Shown piece by piece: positions 31,939-41,647 of a DNA stretch of 64,000 bases. Under the pieces are notes generated by a model. That model made no database searches. It was not told the origin of the DNA and saw only the letters and a program-made list of their open reading frames with translations. The translations under genes and the position numbers were made by a program. Each line of letters opens with the position of its first letter. Position 1 is the first letter of the stretch. This stretch comes from Candidatus Moanibacter sp. (lineage in GTDB: Bacteria; Verrucomicrobiota; Verrucomicrobiia; Opitutales; UBA2987), in assembly GCA_965215885.1 (NCBI GenBank), contig CBDCEW010000097.1, positions 32,001 to 96,000 of the forward strand, written 5' to 3'.

Positions 31939-33264
31939 ATGACAATTCTCATAAAGGACGGTACCGTTGTTACACTTGGAGAGCGTAACACGATCTTGAA
32001 GCAACACTCCCTTCTCTTGCGGGACGACAAGATAGAGCGCATTGCGCCCACTTCCGAATTTGCCGACGTGGAGGCGGATACGGAGATCGACGCGAGTGGA
32101 CAGCTGGTGCTTCCCGGTTTCATAAACACGCACACGCATTTTTACAGCGCGCTTTCACGAGGTCTGGGAAAGGTGCCCCCATCGAAGAATTTCGTCGAAG
32201 TGCTGCAGAACCTCTGGTGGCGGCTGGACCGGCAATTGACACCGGAAGATTGCTACTACAGCGCCCTCGTCAGTTGCATCGACGCCATCAAGCATGGCAC
32301 GACCACGTTGATCGACCACCATGCCAGCGAAGGCCATGTTCGCGGTACTCTCTGGGAGATCGAAAAGGCTGTCCTGGAGACGGGAGTTCGGGCCTCGCTC
32401 TGTTTCGAACTAACAGATCGCGAAGGCTCTCAAATTGCGGAAGACGGTATTGCGGAAAATGTGGCGTTCATTGAGGAAAAACAGAGAGAAAATTCATCCC
32501 GGATAAAGGCGCTATTCGGACTTCATGCAGCGTTTACGATTGAGGATGACACCCTCGCTCAGGCCGTTCAGAAAGGAGCGGAACTCGGCGCCGGTTTCCA
32601 CATTCACACAGCGGAGGATCAGGCGGACCAGGACCACAGCATGAAGAAACATGGTATGAGGGTAGTCCAACGCCTCCATAAATTCGGGGTTCTCGGTCCG
32701 CGGACGATTTGCGCCCACTGCATACACGTTGATGAGAATGAAAGAAACCTGCTCGCGGAGACCGACACCATAGGCGTTCACCTTCCGCAATCAAACATGA
32801 ACAATGCCGTCGGGGTAGCGGATCTGGTCGGCCTCGTGAGCGAAGGGATTCTCTACGGATTGGGCACCGACTCGATGACTAACAATATGCTCGAGGAACT
32901 GCGAGTCGCCCTCTGGGCCCAGCATCTTAGTAAAAACAATCCCAGTGTCGGTTTCACGGAGGTTGTCGACTCGCTTCTTGTGAATAATCAGAAGATCATT
33001 TCGCGTTATTGGAACGACGGAATCGGTGTGTTGAAGGAGGGATACAAGGCCGACATCGTGCTGATGGACTATGCCTCTCCCACACCGTTCAACGAAGATA
33101 CCTTCTACGGGCATATTGTCTTCGGTATTGCTCATTCCTCGGCGAGAACGACGATTGCCAATGGTCGCATCCTCATGCGCGACCACCAACTCGTCGACAT
33201 CGACGAGGAGAGAATCGCGGCCCGCGCCGCGGAGCTGGCCCAAGCGCTCTGGGATCGGTTTTAA
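31939..33264 (+). CDS. ssnA: SsnA-like amidohydrolase
   Basis: PGFINTHTHFYSALSRG, LQNLWWRLD, TTLIDHHAS, GLHAAFT, HIHTAE, SNMNNAVG and GLGTD. Confidence 0.85.
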   Translation: MTILIKDGTVVTLGERNTILKQHSLLLRDDKIERIAPTSEFADVEADTEIDASGQLVLPGFINTHTHFYSALSRGLGKVPPSKNFVEVLQNLWWRLDRQLTPEDCYYSALVSCIDAIKHGTTTLIDHHASEGHVRGTLWEIEKAVLETGVRASLCFELTDREGSQIAEDGIAENVAFIEEKQRENSSRIKALFGLHAAFTIEDDTLAQAVQKGAELGAGFHIHTAEDQADQDHSMKKHGMRVVQRLHKFGVLGPRTICAHCIHVDENERNLLAETDTIGVHLPQSNMNNAVGVADLVGLVSEGILYGLGTDSMTNNMLEELRVALWAQHLSKNNPSVGFTEVVDSLLVNNQKIISRYWNDGIGVLKEGYKADIVLMDYASPTPFNEDTFYGHIVFGIAHSSARTTIANGRILMRDHQLVDIDEERIAARAAELAQALWDRF

Positions 33265-33287
33265 CCGAGAATTCTCACACACTCAAC

Positions 33288-33405
33288 CAATCTTAATTGT
33301 AATCCTAATCGTCGTCGAAAGTCGAGAAGCACTACACGACCATTGACTACGACCTACGCACGTACCAATCTTTGTCGTCAGCTTTGTCGTTATCTTCGTC
33401 GCTTC
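33288..33405. repeat. Degenerate hexamer arrays (AATCKT / ACGAC / TCGT)
   Basis: aatctt aattgt aatcct aatcgt ... actac acgacc ... ttgtcgt. Confidence 0.5.
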
Positions 33406-33817
33406 AGCTTTCCTCCTTCATCGATCGATCACCGCTAGGAACAGTGGTATGGCTACTGCATCAGTGGGCTAACTCTCTGCGGTTTATTTTGCACCGGGGA
33501 CTTCCCAACGTCCCCCTCAATCGTGCCCTCCTGTCGACCTTCTTCTCCTTCGATCTCAGATCGCGACGAAAGATTCAAACAACGGTCCAGTCGATTTCTA
33601 ATGAGTTCTTGACTCAAAATGAGCCGGCAAATCTAATCAGCTGCGCATTGAAATCCGCAAATTGCACTTCCCGTGACGGCGAAAAGTAAATGGCATCCAC
33701 TCAAGCGCCTTTTTTCGAAAAAGAAGCCTTCGACTTTAGCGAACGAAGTGCAATAAGCTCAATAGAAACTGAACAGAAAGTCGCGAAGCAGGTTCTAAGC
33801 GACCACAGTTAGCCGCC

Positions 33818-34315
33818 ATGTCTGAACTTAAGCCACTACGAAAAGAGGCCATTCCGGCCGCTCTTGAGAGAGCCATGAGATACCGGCTTCTCAATGAATC
33901 CCGCGCCGCGGAAAGCATCTGCCTGGACATCCTTGAGGTCGAACCCGATAACCAGGACGCCCTTATCGCTCTCCTCCTCTCTCTCGCTGATCAGTTCGGC
34001 GAGGGGCATCCTGTCAGTAAGTCGAGAATTCAGGAAGTCCTGGACCGGTTTGACGATGAGTACGAGCGCTATTACTATTCCGGGATTGTATGTGAACGGC
34101 GTGCCCGGGCACAGCTCACGCACCCTTCTCCGGGATCCGCTTTTGATGCTTACGACTGGCTCCAGGAAGCCATGGATTTCTATGAACAGGTCGAGAAGAT
34201 TCGCCCCCCGGACAACGATGAAGCGATTCTTCGCTGGAACACCTGCGTCCGAATCATTCAGCGCGATAAACTCAAGCCGCGGCCCAAAGACGATTTCCAG
34301 CCAATGCTGGAGTGA
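33818..34315 (+). CDS. Hypothetical alpha-helical/TPR-like protein
   Basis: Coherent ORF (A.RYRLLNE...AESICLDIL.V.PDNQ, YYSGIVCERRA, DEAILRWNTC); function unknown. Confidence 0.75.
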   Translation: MSELKPLRKEAIPAALERAMRYRLLNESRAAESICLDILEVEPDNQDALIALLLSLADQFGEGHPVSKSRIQEVLDRFDDEYERYYYSGIVCERRARAQLTHPSPGSAFDAYDWLQEAMDFYEQVEKIRPPDNDEAILRWNTCVRIIQRDKLKPRPKDDFQPMLE

Positions 34316-34404
34316 TTCCGTCTTCGTCATGGGAGAGACGGTATCCCAGTTCTTGCAACTCCAATCGATTCGAAGAATCCGTTCCGCCCTGTTTCACCGT
34401 GAGG

Positions 34405-34472
34405 GTAGGAAGCTCGCTCGCGAGCGATCCAAATTTATCGGTGTTCCCTTCGGCCGCAAGCGGCCTTCCTAC
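34405..34472. repeat. GTAG-type REP doublet (REPIN-like)
   Basis: gtaggaagctcgctcgcgagcgat ... tcggccgcaagcggccttcctac. Confidence 0.78.
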
Positions 34473-34582
34473 GCCTGACGGTCTTTCAGATTCCTTTCCA
34501 CGATGACTCATCGTCCACTCCTTACAGCAATTCTCATACGATTCACTGTGTAAAGATCTCGATTCACGGTATCTTGTCCCAG

Positions 34583-35575
34583 ATGCCAAAACGCATTCTG
34601 AAATCGCTGCTTCGTATAGCGCTCGCTATTGGGGTATTCCTCTTGTTCGTATGGACAGTGCTGGCCCAGCCCACTCTCTGGAATAGCCATTCGGAACCAG
34701 CCGTCACGATAGATCCGACCCGACTCGAGACACATGTTCGAATGCTCTCCGAGACACTTCTGCCACGAAACTCGTCAAATATCGAGAATTTGGATAAAGC
34801 AGCAGCCTATATCGCGAGCCATTTCGAGCAGGCTCAGGCTGCTGTCTCCGAGCAGTATTATGAGATCCGAGGTCGAGGATATCGAAACGTAATCGCTCAC
34901 TTTGGCCCTGATAGCGGCGAACGGATAATTGTCGGCGCGCACTACGATGCCGCCTTTGAATTCCCGGGAGCCGACGACAACGCCAGCGGTGTCGCCGGGT
35001 TGATAGAACTGGCCTACCTCCTGAAGGACAAGGACCTGCCCACACCGGTCGACTTGATTGCCTTTACCCTGGAAGAGCCACCCTACTTTTCCGGTCCTAA
35101 TATGGGAAGTGCTGTCCATGCGAAGTCGCTCTTGGACCAAAACATACGAGTGCGATTAATGGTTTCCCTCGAAATGATCGGTTTTTACACTGAGTCGAAG
35201 AAGAGCCAGGAGTATCCAATGCCGATCTTACAGATCCTATATCCATCGAGAGGAAATTTCATCGGAATCATAGGGCAACTCGGTGAATGGTCATTGGTGT
35301 CGACATTTAAAAAGGCGATGCAGGCCGCATCACCACTGCCCGTTCACTCGATCAATGCTCCAAGCTATGTCCCAGGAATCGATTTTTCGGACCATAGAAA
35401 CTATTGGGAAGCAGGTTATCCCGCCATAATGGTCTCTGATACTTCCTTTTTCAGAAACGGTAACTATCATACCGCGAACGATACGCCCGATACCCTGGAC
35501 TACGAACGGATGGCCATGGCAGTGAAAGGCGTTTATAATGCGATTCTTGCAATAGCGCGGCTCGATGATAGCTAG
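34583..35575 (+). CDS. M28-family metallopeptidase (YfbL-like)
   Basis: N-terminal TM/signal; VGAHYD, GADDNASG, FTLEEPP, LEMIG, SDH and YHTAND. Confidence 0.9.
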   Translation: MPKRILKSLLRIALAIGVFLLFVWTVLAQPTLWNSHSEPAVTIDPTRLETHVRMLSETLLPRNSSNIENLDKAAAYIASHFEQAQAAVSEQYYEIRGRGYRNVIAHFGPDSGERIIVGAHYDAAFEFPGADDNASGVAGLIELAYLLKDKDLPTPVDLIAFTLEEPPYFSGPNMGSAVHAKSLLDQNIRVRLMVSLEMIGFYTESKKSQEYPMPILQILYPSRGNFIGIIGQLGEWSLVSTFKKAMQAASPLPVHSINAPSYVPGIDFSDHRNYWEAGYPAIMVSDTSFFRNGNYHTANDTPDTLDYERMAMAVKGVYNAILAIARLDDS

Positions 35576-35753
35576 CCCGAACATTTCACAAACCATCTGC
35601 TGCGACTGCGGATCTCACTGCGCCTCAAAGCCTTCCCTTGCCCGGCGACCTCAGAGGGTTTCAACACGCTGTCACCCGCCGGACTGCGAAAAGGCCTTGA
35701 TCCGCAGCAAGCTACGCATTCTCGCTACGATGTGTGTGAAATGTCCGGGCTAG
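35572..35753. mobile_element. 182-bp MITE with CTAG ends
   Basis: ctagcccgaacatttcacaaac and (rc) ctagcccggacatttcacacac. Its CTAG includes the M28 stop codon. Confidence 0.88.
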
Positions 35754-36014
35754 ATCGACCACAAAGAATCATGGAATAAATAGCTTCCCGTCCCCGACGC
35801 GGTAATTCATAATCACAATTGGAATGCATTGTGTGAATTTGAGTTTAATAGGCATTTGGCCGGAACAGTATTTTAACAGTATTGTCATCCGGCTATTGGG
35901 GTTATGTTTAATTTGGTACTGTATAGATATTCTAGAGGAGGAGGACGAAGTATAGGATATCAGGGGCAAGAGGGAATAGACCTCGGCCGATTCTAAAACC
36001 GAGGGTGAAACGGC

Positions 36015-37097
36015 ATGCTACTTCAGGAGTCGACAAAATCTAACGGGGCAGAGGCCCGGGAAAAGGGGCAGGAGGCGGCTTTCGCCAGGCTCGTGCATCG
36101 GATAAATCGCGATCTCGTTGTCCACAAGCCCTGGATATACTGGACCGATTTATCCATTACAGTGACGGTGGCTCTTACCTTTCTGCTGGTGAGCGTTCGG
36201 TCTCCCGCAGGAAGCGTGCAACAGATTCTTGCGCTCGTCGCCGCCGGCTTCGCCTTTTACCGCGCTTCCATCTTCACGCACGAAATCACCCACATGCCCC
36301 ACGGTTCGTTTCGCACTTTTCGGGTGGTTTGGAATCTGTTCATCGGCATACCCCTAATGACTCCTACATTCCTTTACTGGGACCACAAGTCGCATCACGT
36401 CAATCATTCATACGGCACCAGCACGGATGGAGAGTACTTCCCAATGGGACTCGGTCCGGTGGAACTCATTTATGTTTATCTGGCCCATATCATTCTGGTT
36501 CCCGCCGCAGCCATTTTACGGTTCGTTCTATTGACGCCCCTGTCTTTGTTGCATCCAGGTCTTCGGCGCTTCGTCTGCCAACGGATGTCTTCCATCGCCA
36601 CCATGAATCCGCGCTACCAGCGGCCTTTGCCCCGCAGTCGAGATCGCATCTGGTGGGGATTGCAGGAAGCAGGGTGTTGCCTGTTCGGCTGGGGCCTCGT
36701 TGCTCTCACCGCCTTCGGCACAATAAAGTGGCATGGATGGGTGTGCGTCTACGTCATTTTCGTCATTGTCGCGACCTTAAATTACATCCGGCAACTCGGT
36801 GCGCACCGATACTTGGGCGAGGGGGAGCAAATGACCTATCGCGAGCAAATGCTTGATTCCACGACAATCGCCACCAATCCCATCAGCGGAGAATTGTGGG
36901 CGCCGTTAGGTATGCGTTATCACGCCCTGCACCATCTGTTGCCGTCCCTTCCCTATCACTCCATGGGCACGGCCCACCGGCGCCTCATGAGTCGCTTACC
37001 GGAGGATTCCCCTTATCGCCTCACTATTCGGCCCAGTCTGTGGGCGGCCATCGCGGATGTCATCCGTAATGCGGGAAAAGAGAAAAAGCACGATTAA
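36015..37097 (+). CDS. Membrane fatty-acid desaturase family protein
   Basis: His boxes HEITH, HKSHH and HALHH; TM segments. Confidence 0.9.
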   Translation: MLLQESTKSNGAEAREKGQEAAFARLVHRINRDLVVHKPWIYWTDLSITVTVALTFLLVSVRSPAGSVQQILALVAAGFAFYRASIFTHEITHMPHGSFRTFRVVWNLFIGIPLMTPTFLYWDHKSHHVNHSYGTSTDGEYFPMGLGPVELIYVYLAHIILVPAAAILRFVLLTPLSLLHPGLRRFVCQRMSSIATMNPRYQRPLPRSRDRIWWGLQEAGCCLFGWGLVALTAFGTIKWHGWVCVYVIFVIVATLNYIRQLGAHRYLGEGEQMTYREQMLDSTTIATNPISGELWAPLGMRYHALHHLLPSLPYHSMGTAHRRLMSRLPEDSPYRLTIRPSLWAAIADVIRNAGKEKKHD

Positions 37098-37099
37098 CT

Positions 37100-39100
37100 A
37101 TGTGTGGCATCGTTGGTTTTACCGGACATAACCTGGGCCGGGCACGCCTTGGGAGAGCGGTTCGCTCTCTTCATCATCGGGGACCGGATGGTTTTGGAAT
37201 CTATATCGATCCTGTCGAAAGCGCCGGACTGGGCCATGCACGCCTTTCGATCATCGACCCGAAAAATGGGGCTCAGCCCCTTTTCGCCCGAGACGGGGAG
37301 TTGGTGTTGGTGTGTAACGGTGAGATCTATGAATTCGAACGCCTGAGTGATGAACTGAAGAAACTCGGGCATGAATTCTACACCAAAAGCGATTCTGAGG
37401 TGATTTTGCATCTCTACAGCGAATACGGGATGGATTTTGTCCACTATCTTCGCGGAGAGTTTTCCTTCCTGCTATTGGACAAGTGTAAATGCAGAATGAT
37501 CGCCGTGAACGACCGCTTCGGGATAAAGCCGCTCTTTTTCCACGAAGAGGACGGGAATTTCGTATTCGCGTCTGAAGCCAAAGCGATATTTGCGACGGGA
37601 TGCCTTTTGCCAAAGATTGATGTCGTCGCGGTGCGCGATTTTCTGAGCGGGGTGATTCCGGACTCTCTTTTCGAAGGCATTCAGGTGGTTTCGCCAGGAT
37701 GCTTCCTGAATGTCGACCTCGAGACAGGTGAGCATGAGATGCAACGGTATTGGGATCTGGATCTACCCACGGAGGAGAAACAGCAGAGCGACCCGGGGCC
37801 TGGAATCGAAGAGAACGCGACGGTTGTTCGAACGGCTGTCGATCGGGCAGTTAAACTGCGATTGCGGGCCGACGTTCCGGTGGGTGTATATCTGAGCGGT
37901 GGAGTGGATTCCTCGGTGATTGCGGCGTCGATGGCGAGACAACACCCCGAGGCGATCAAAGCGTTTACGATTGCATTTTCCGATGATGAGAACTTCAACG
38001 AACTCAAAACCGCGGAACGGATGGCTGAAAAGATAGGAGCGGAACTGCACTCCGTCTCCTGTGACCACCAGTCGATGCTGGACCATGCGGAAGATTGCCT
38101 GTGGGTTGCTGAACTTCCGTTTCATAATCTCCACTGTATTGGGAAGTTCCTCCTCTCCCGCCTCGCCCGAGAGCACGTGAAAGTCGTCCTGACTGGCGAA
38201 GGGGCCGACGAGACCTTTCTCGGATACATCTGTTTCCAGCCGGAGAAGGGAGCGATAACGGATCAGATGGGCAACAGACTGAAATCAAAAAAGTTCCTCC
38301 GGAGGTCTCACATTCGAAAGATTCTCGCCGCCATCGGATTCGTGCCGCTACACGAGCACGCTGAGCTCTTCTCTGCTCTCCACCAGAGGGTAATTAACCA
38401 CGTCTTTCACGCGGATTGGCGATCCAACCTTGTCGAAAGCCATCCCTTGACCCGGTTAATGCGTCGGCTCAGGCCCGCCCAGACCGTAAATCGATCATCC
38501 GCGCGCAAGATCCAGTATTTCTGGATCAAGTCGATGCTGGCGACTTATAACCTTACGATTATTGGGGATCGTCAGGAGATGGCACACTCCATCGAAGGAC
38601 GCCCGCCCTTCCTTGACCACAGGCTCTTTGAGCGGATGCGCGGGATTCCGGACGATCAGAAAATACATAATGGTATTGAAAAAGCGGTATTGCGAGAAGC
38701 GTTCAAAGAAGAGATTACGGAGGAAGTCTACAGCAACAAGAAATGGCCATTTTCCGCGCCTCCCCTCTGGCTGAAAAAAGGGCTCTATCCGAAGCTTGAC
38801 CGACTCCTGGATCGCTATCTTTCGAAAGAGGCAATTGCGAAGAGCGGAATCTTTGATTACCGAATGGTCCGCGGGCTTCGCTTCATCGAGCGACTCCTGT
38901 TCTTTGACTCTAAGCTAAAGCGCCGGCTGAACGAACTGTTTACCATTGTTCTGACCGTACAGATGCTTGAGCAATTGTACGTGCAAAATTTCGCGCTCAA
39001 CTCAGAGAGCCGCCAAGCTGATAATTTGCCGCCCATACGTGAAATGACACCGGAAGACTTCGGATCCACGCGAACGGCGGATGAACCTGTCGCGGTGTAG
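37100..39100 (+). CDS. Asparagine synthase (glutamine-hydrolysing)-like amidotransferase
   Basis: MCGI, HRGPDG, GHARLSIID, NGEIY, LSGGVDSS, LTGEGADE and EGRPPFLDH. Confidence 0.92.
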   Translation: MCGIVGFTGHNLGRARLGRAVRSLHHRGPDGFGIYIDPVESAGLGHARLSIIDPKNGAQPLFARDGELVLVCNGEIYEFERLSDELKKLGHEFYTKSDSEVILHLYSEYGMDFVHYLRGEFSFLLLDKCKCRMIAVNDRFGIKPLFFHEEDGNFVFASEAKAIFATGCLLPKIDVVAVRDFLSGVIPDSLFEGIQVVSPGCFLNVDLETGEHEMQRYWDLDLPTEEKQQSDPGPGIEENATVVRTAVDRAVKLRLRADVPVGVYLSGGVDSSVIAASMARQHPEAIKAFTIAFSDDENFNELKTAERMAEKIGAELHSVSCDHQSMLDHAEDCLWVAELPFHNLHCIGKFLLSRLAREHVKVVLTGEGADETFLGYICFQPEKGAITDQMGNRLKSKKFLRRSHIRKILAAIGFVPLHEHAELFSALHQRVINHVFHADWRSNLVESHPLTRLMRRLRPAQTVNRSSARKIQYFWIKSMLATYNLTIIGDRQEMAHSIEGRPPFLDHRLFERMRGIPDDQKIHNGIEKAVLREAFKEEITEEVYSNKKWPFSAPPLWLKKGLYPKLDRLLDRYLSKEAIAKSGIFDYRMVRGLRFIERLLFFDSKLKRRLNELFTIVLTVQMLEQLYVQNFALNSESRQADNLPPIREMTPEDFGSTRTADEPVAV

Positions 39101-39136
39101 GCCAATGGTCCATGGTCTTATGCCGGGCTGGAATTA

Positions 39137-40522
39137 ATGCCTGCGGTTGGGACACAATTGAATCGAAACCCCTGGTGGATTCCCCGCCTGCTGTTTGGTT
39201 TAGCGCCCGAGGTTGAACGCCGCAAGTTGACGCTCCTCGGCTGTGTCGCCATCGCCATGTTTTACGAGAATTACGACCTCTCCCTCTTGAACACTTCGCT
39301 CAAGCACATCGCCGAGTCTCTCCGCGTGGAAGAGACGAATCTTGGATATTTTGTCGCCAGTATCCGGTTTGCCGGGCTCTTCGGATTGCTCCTCATTCCC
39401 GCTGCCGACTTGATCGGCCGTCGACGACTTTTCCTCATATCGGTCATCGGAATGAGCCTAGGCACAGCCCTGACAGGAGTCAGCCAGAGCCCTGAGCAGT
39501 TCGTGCTCCTGCAGATGGCAACGCGCGGATTCATGATCACGGCGTGCGCCATGGCAGTGGTGATCCTGGTGGAGGAGTTTCCCGCGGAACACAGGGGTTG
39601 GGCTATAGGAATGCTCGGCACCGCCTCCGTGGTGGGTCATGGCGCTGGGACGCTACTTTTTGCCTGCATTGATGCGATGCCCTTCGGATGGAGAACACTC
39701 TATCTCCTGGGTTTCATTCCGATAATAAGGTTGCCGATGTTCAGGCGGGGGATCTATGAACCGGAGAGGTTCCAACGCTACCAGCGCGATGATCTCGGAA
39801 ATCGTTCTCTCGGATACTCCTTTACTTCCTGGCTTCGTCCTTATGGCAATCTTATACGGCGGTTCCCGCTTGGCTTCGCCCTCATGGCCGGGGTTGTCAC
39901 GTTGGCCTACGGTGGCTTCGCCGTCGTGTTCAGCTTCATTGGATATTTTGTGCTTGTCTATCGAGGATTGGAACCCTGGCAATTTGCCGCCCTGTTAATC
40001 CTCTCCGGTTCCTTATCCATACCGGGAGCAAGCTTCAGTGGTCGTATGTGCGATCGCTATGGCAGGCGACCGGTTGGCTGTTTCTCACTGATTACTTTCG
40101 CCGTTTGCACCTGGGTCTTTTTCCGGGGTACCGAATGGGCAATGTATGCAGTTGCTGTACCCATGATGTACTCGGCGATCTCTGGATACGTCGTAATCAT
40201 GGCCCTTTCATCGGAACTGTTCCCCACCCCATTGCGAGGAACATCGTCGGGATTGGTAATGCTCCTGGGAGCCACTGGTTCGGGTATCGCCCTGTCGTTG
40301 GTGGGCGCCTTGACCGTGGCTCCGGGTGACATTATTATCTATGTCCCAATTCTCGCGCTTTCGACCGTCTTGAGTGCATCTTTGATGCACTATCTACCAG
40401 AAACGAAAACTCGCGAACTCGAGGAAATCTCATGGCAAAAGACGACACCAAAGGCTAACCGGAATTCGGGCTCGCGCGTGGATGAGGCGCTTGCAGCTGG
40501 CGATGCGAAAATTGAGATCTGA
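39137..40522 (+). CDS. MFS transporter
   Basis: ADLIGRRR, EEFPAEHRG, CDRYGRR, SELFPTPLRG and LPETK. Confidence 0.92.
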   Translation: MPAVGTQLNRNPWWIPRLLFGLAPEVERRKLTLLGCVAIAMFYENYDLSLLNTSLKHIAESLRVEETNLGYFVASIRFAGLFGLLLIPAADLIGRRRLFLISVIGMSLGTALTGVSQSPEQFVLLQMATRGFMITACAMAVVILVEEFPAEHRGWAIGMLGTASVVGHGAGTLLFACIDAMPFGWRTLYLLGFIPIIRLPMFRRGIYEPERFQRYQRDDLGNRSLGYSFTSWLRPYGNLIRRFPLGFALMAGVVTLAYGGFAVVFSFIGYFVLVYRGLEPWQFAALLILSGSLSIPGASFSGRMCDRYGRRPVGCFSLITFAVCTWVFFRGTEWAMYAVAVPMMYSAISGYVVIMALSSELFPTPLRGTSSGLVMLLGATGSGIALSLVGALTVAPGDIIIYVPILALSTVLSASLMHYLPETKTRELEEISWQKTTPKANRNSGSRVDEALAAGDAKIEI

Positions 40523-40605
40523 CTACCTCACCCTCGGTATTCGGAGGCCGACTCGCGTCGCTGACCTTTGTTGTTAGACAGAATTAACAGTATGCTCGAG
40601 GAAAT

Positions 40606-40737
40606 CAGTGATCGGGTACAAGCCACAACTGGTTCGCAGCGAAAACGGTTTTGTCACCAGCCTGATCGTACCGCAAGGCAACGCGGCAGACTCCATTGAG
40701 CTGGCGCCGGCCATCGGCGATTCGATCAAGCGCACCG
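40606..40737 (+). mobile_element. 132-bp internal fragment of the DDE IS transposase gene
   Basis: Identical to 31034-31165. Confidence 0.93.
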
Positions 40738-41337
40738 ATGATGGAGAATTCACGAATCTATATTACTCGAATTTTCGCTGTTTCATTGGTCGTATTAATC
40801 TTGGTGTCCAGCAGTGGATGGGAAGACAAAGCTAGTTTTGTAAGCACAGCTCTGTTTTTTGTTGGTACGGTTTTAGCAGGAATCGCTTCTTTGGGACGAT
40901 TATGGTGCTCTCTCTATATTGCAGGTTATAAGACGGATAGATTGATCACGGAAGGGCCATATTCCATGTGCAGGAATCCCCTCTATTTTTTCAGCTTTTT
41001 AGGGGCACTCGGTCTAGGCTTCGTTTCCAAGACTATTCTTATTCCACTAATCATCATAGTAGCCTTCGCGATATATTATCCGTTAGTTATCAAAAGTGAA
41101 GAAGAGGAATTAGGAAGAATACATAAAAAGGAATATGAAGTGTATCTCGATAAAGTGCCGGGCTTTTTTCCAAAACTATCGTTTCTGACGGAACCCGATG
41201 AATATATCGTAAAACCTCTACTGTTTAAAAAGCACATATTCGACAATCTCTGGTTTATCTGGTTCATCGGGATTATAGAGGTTATCGACGGGCTGCATAA
41301 ACTGAACGTTCTTCCCACTATATGCAAAATCTTCTGA
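40738..41337 (+). CDS. Isoprenylcysteine carboxyl methyltransferase / PEMT family membrane protein
   Basis: LITEGPYSMCRNPLY, IKSEEEEL and Y.VYLDKVP.F.P; locally AT-rich. Confidence 0.85.
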   Translation: MMENSRIYITRIFAVSLVVLILVSSSGWEDKASFVSTALFFVGTVLAGIASLGRLWCSLYIAGYKTDRLITEGPYSMCRNPLYFFSFLGALGLGFVSKTILIPLIIIVAFAIYYPLVIKSEEEELGRIHKKEYEVYLDKVPGFFPKLSFLTEPDEYIVKPLLFKKHIFDNLWFIWFIGIIEVIDGLHKLNVLPTICKIF

Positions 41338-41560
41338 CTGGTTCACACTCGCAATGATTTCGACCGCCTCGCCTCTACAATCGAGACGATGGGCTTTCGG
41401 GCTGTCTTGGCAAAACTCGTTATGGACCAGATTGGCCTGGCGCGCGAGACCGGAGTTATCGATCGGGGAATGCTTGAAACAGAAGGAAAGTCGTTAATGG
41501 AAGCAGTGGCGGCGCTTTCGAAAGGCGAAAGCGGTCAAATTCAATGCCTTAATTTGCTGG
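41338..41560 (+). pseudogene. Internal fragment of an amidohydrolase (SAH/guanine deaminase-like)
   Basis: LVHTRNDFDRLASTIETMGFRAVLAKLVMD...GMLE resembles the G.RA.L.K.VMD segment of this family (recognised by eye). Confidence 0.5.
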
Positions 41561-41647
41561 GCCGATTATTTTGGCCCTACAACCTGGGCACGAGTCAAGT
41601 CATCATACCAGTTACAAAGTAACAGCTGCGATTCCTGAGGTGAGCAA

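Noticed and set aside
37100..39100. Lasso-peptide cyclase
   Set aside because: Intact N-terminal Cys glutaminase domain; no B1/B2 proteins or precursor ORF.
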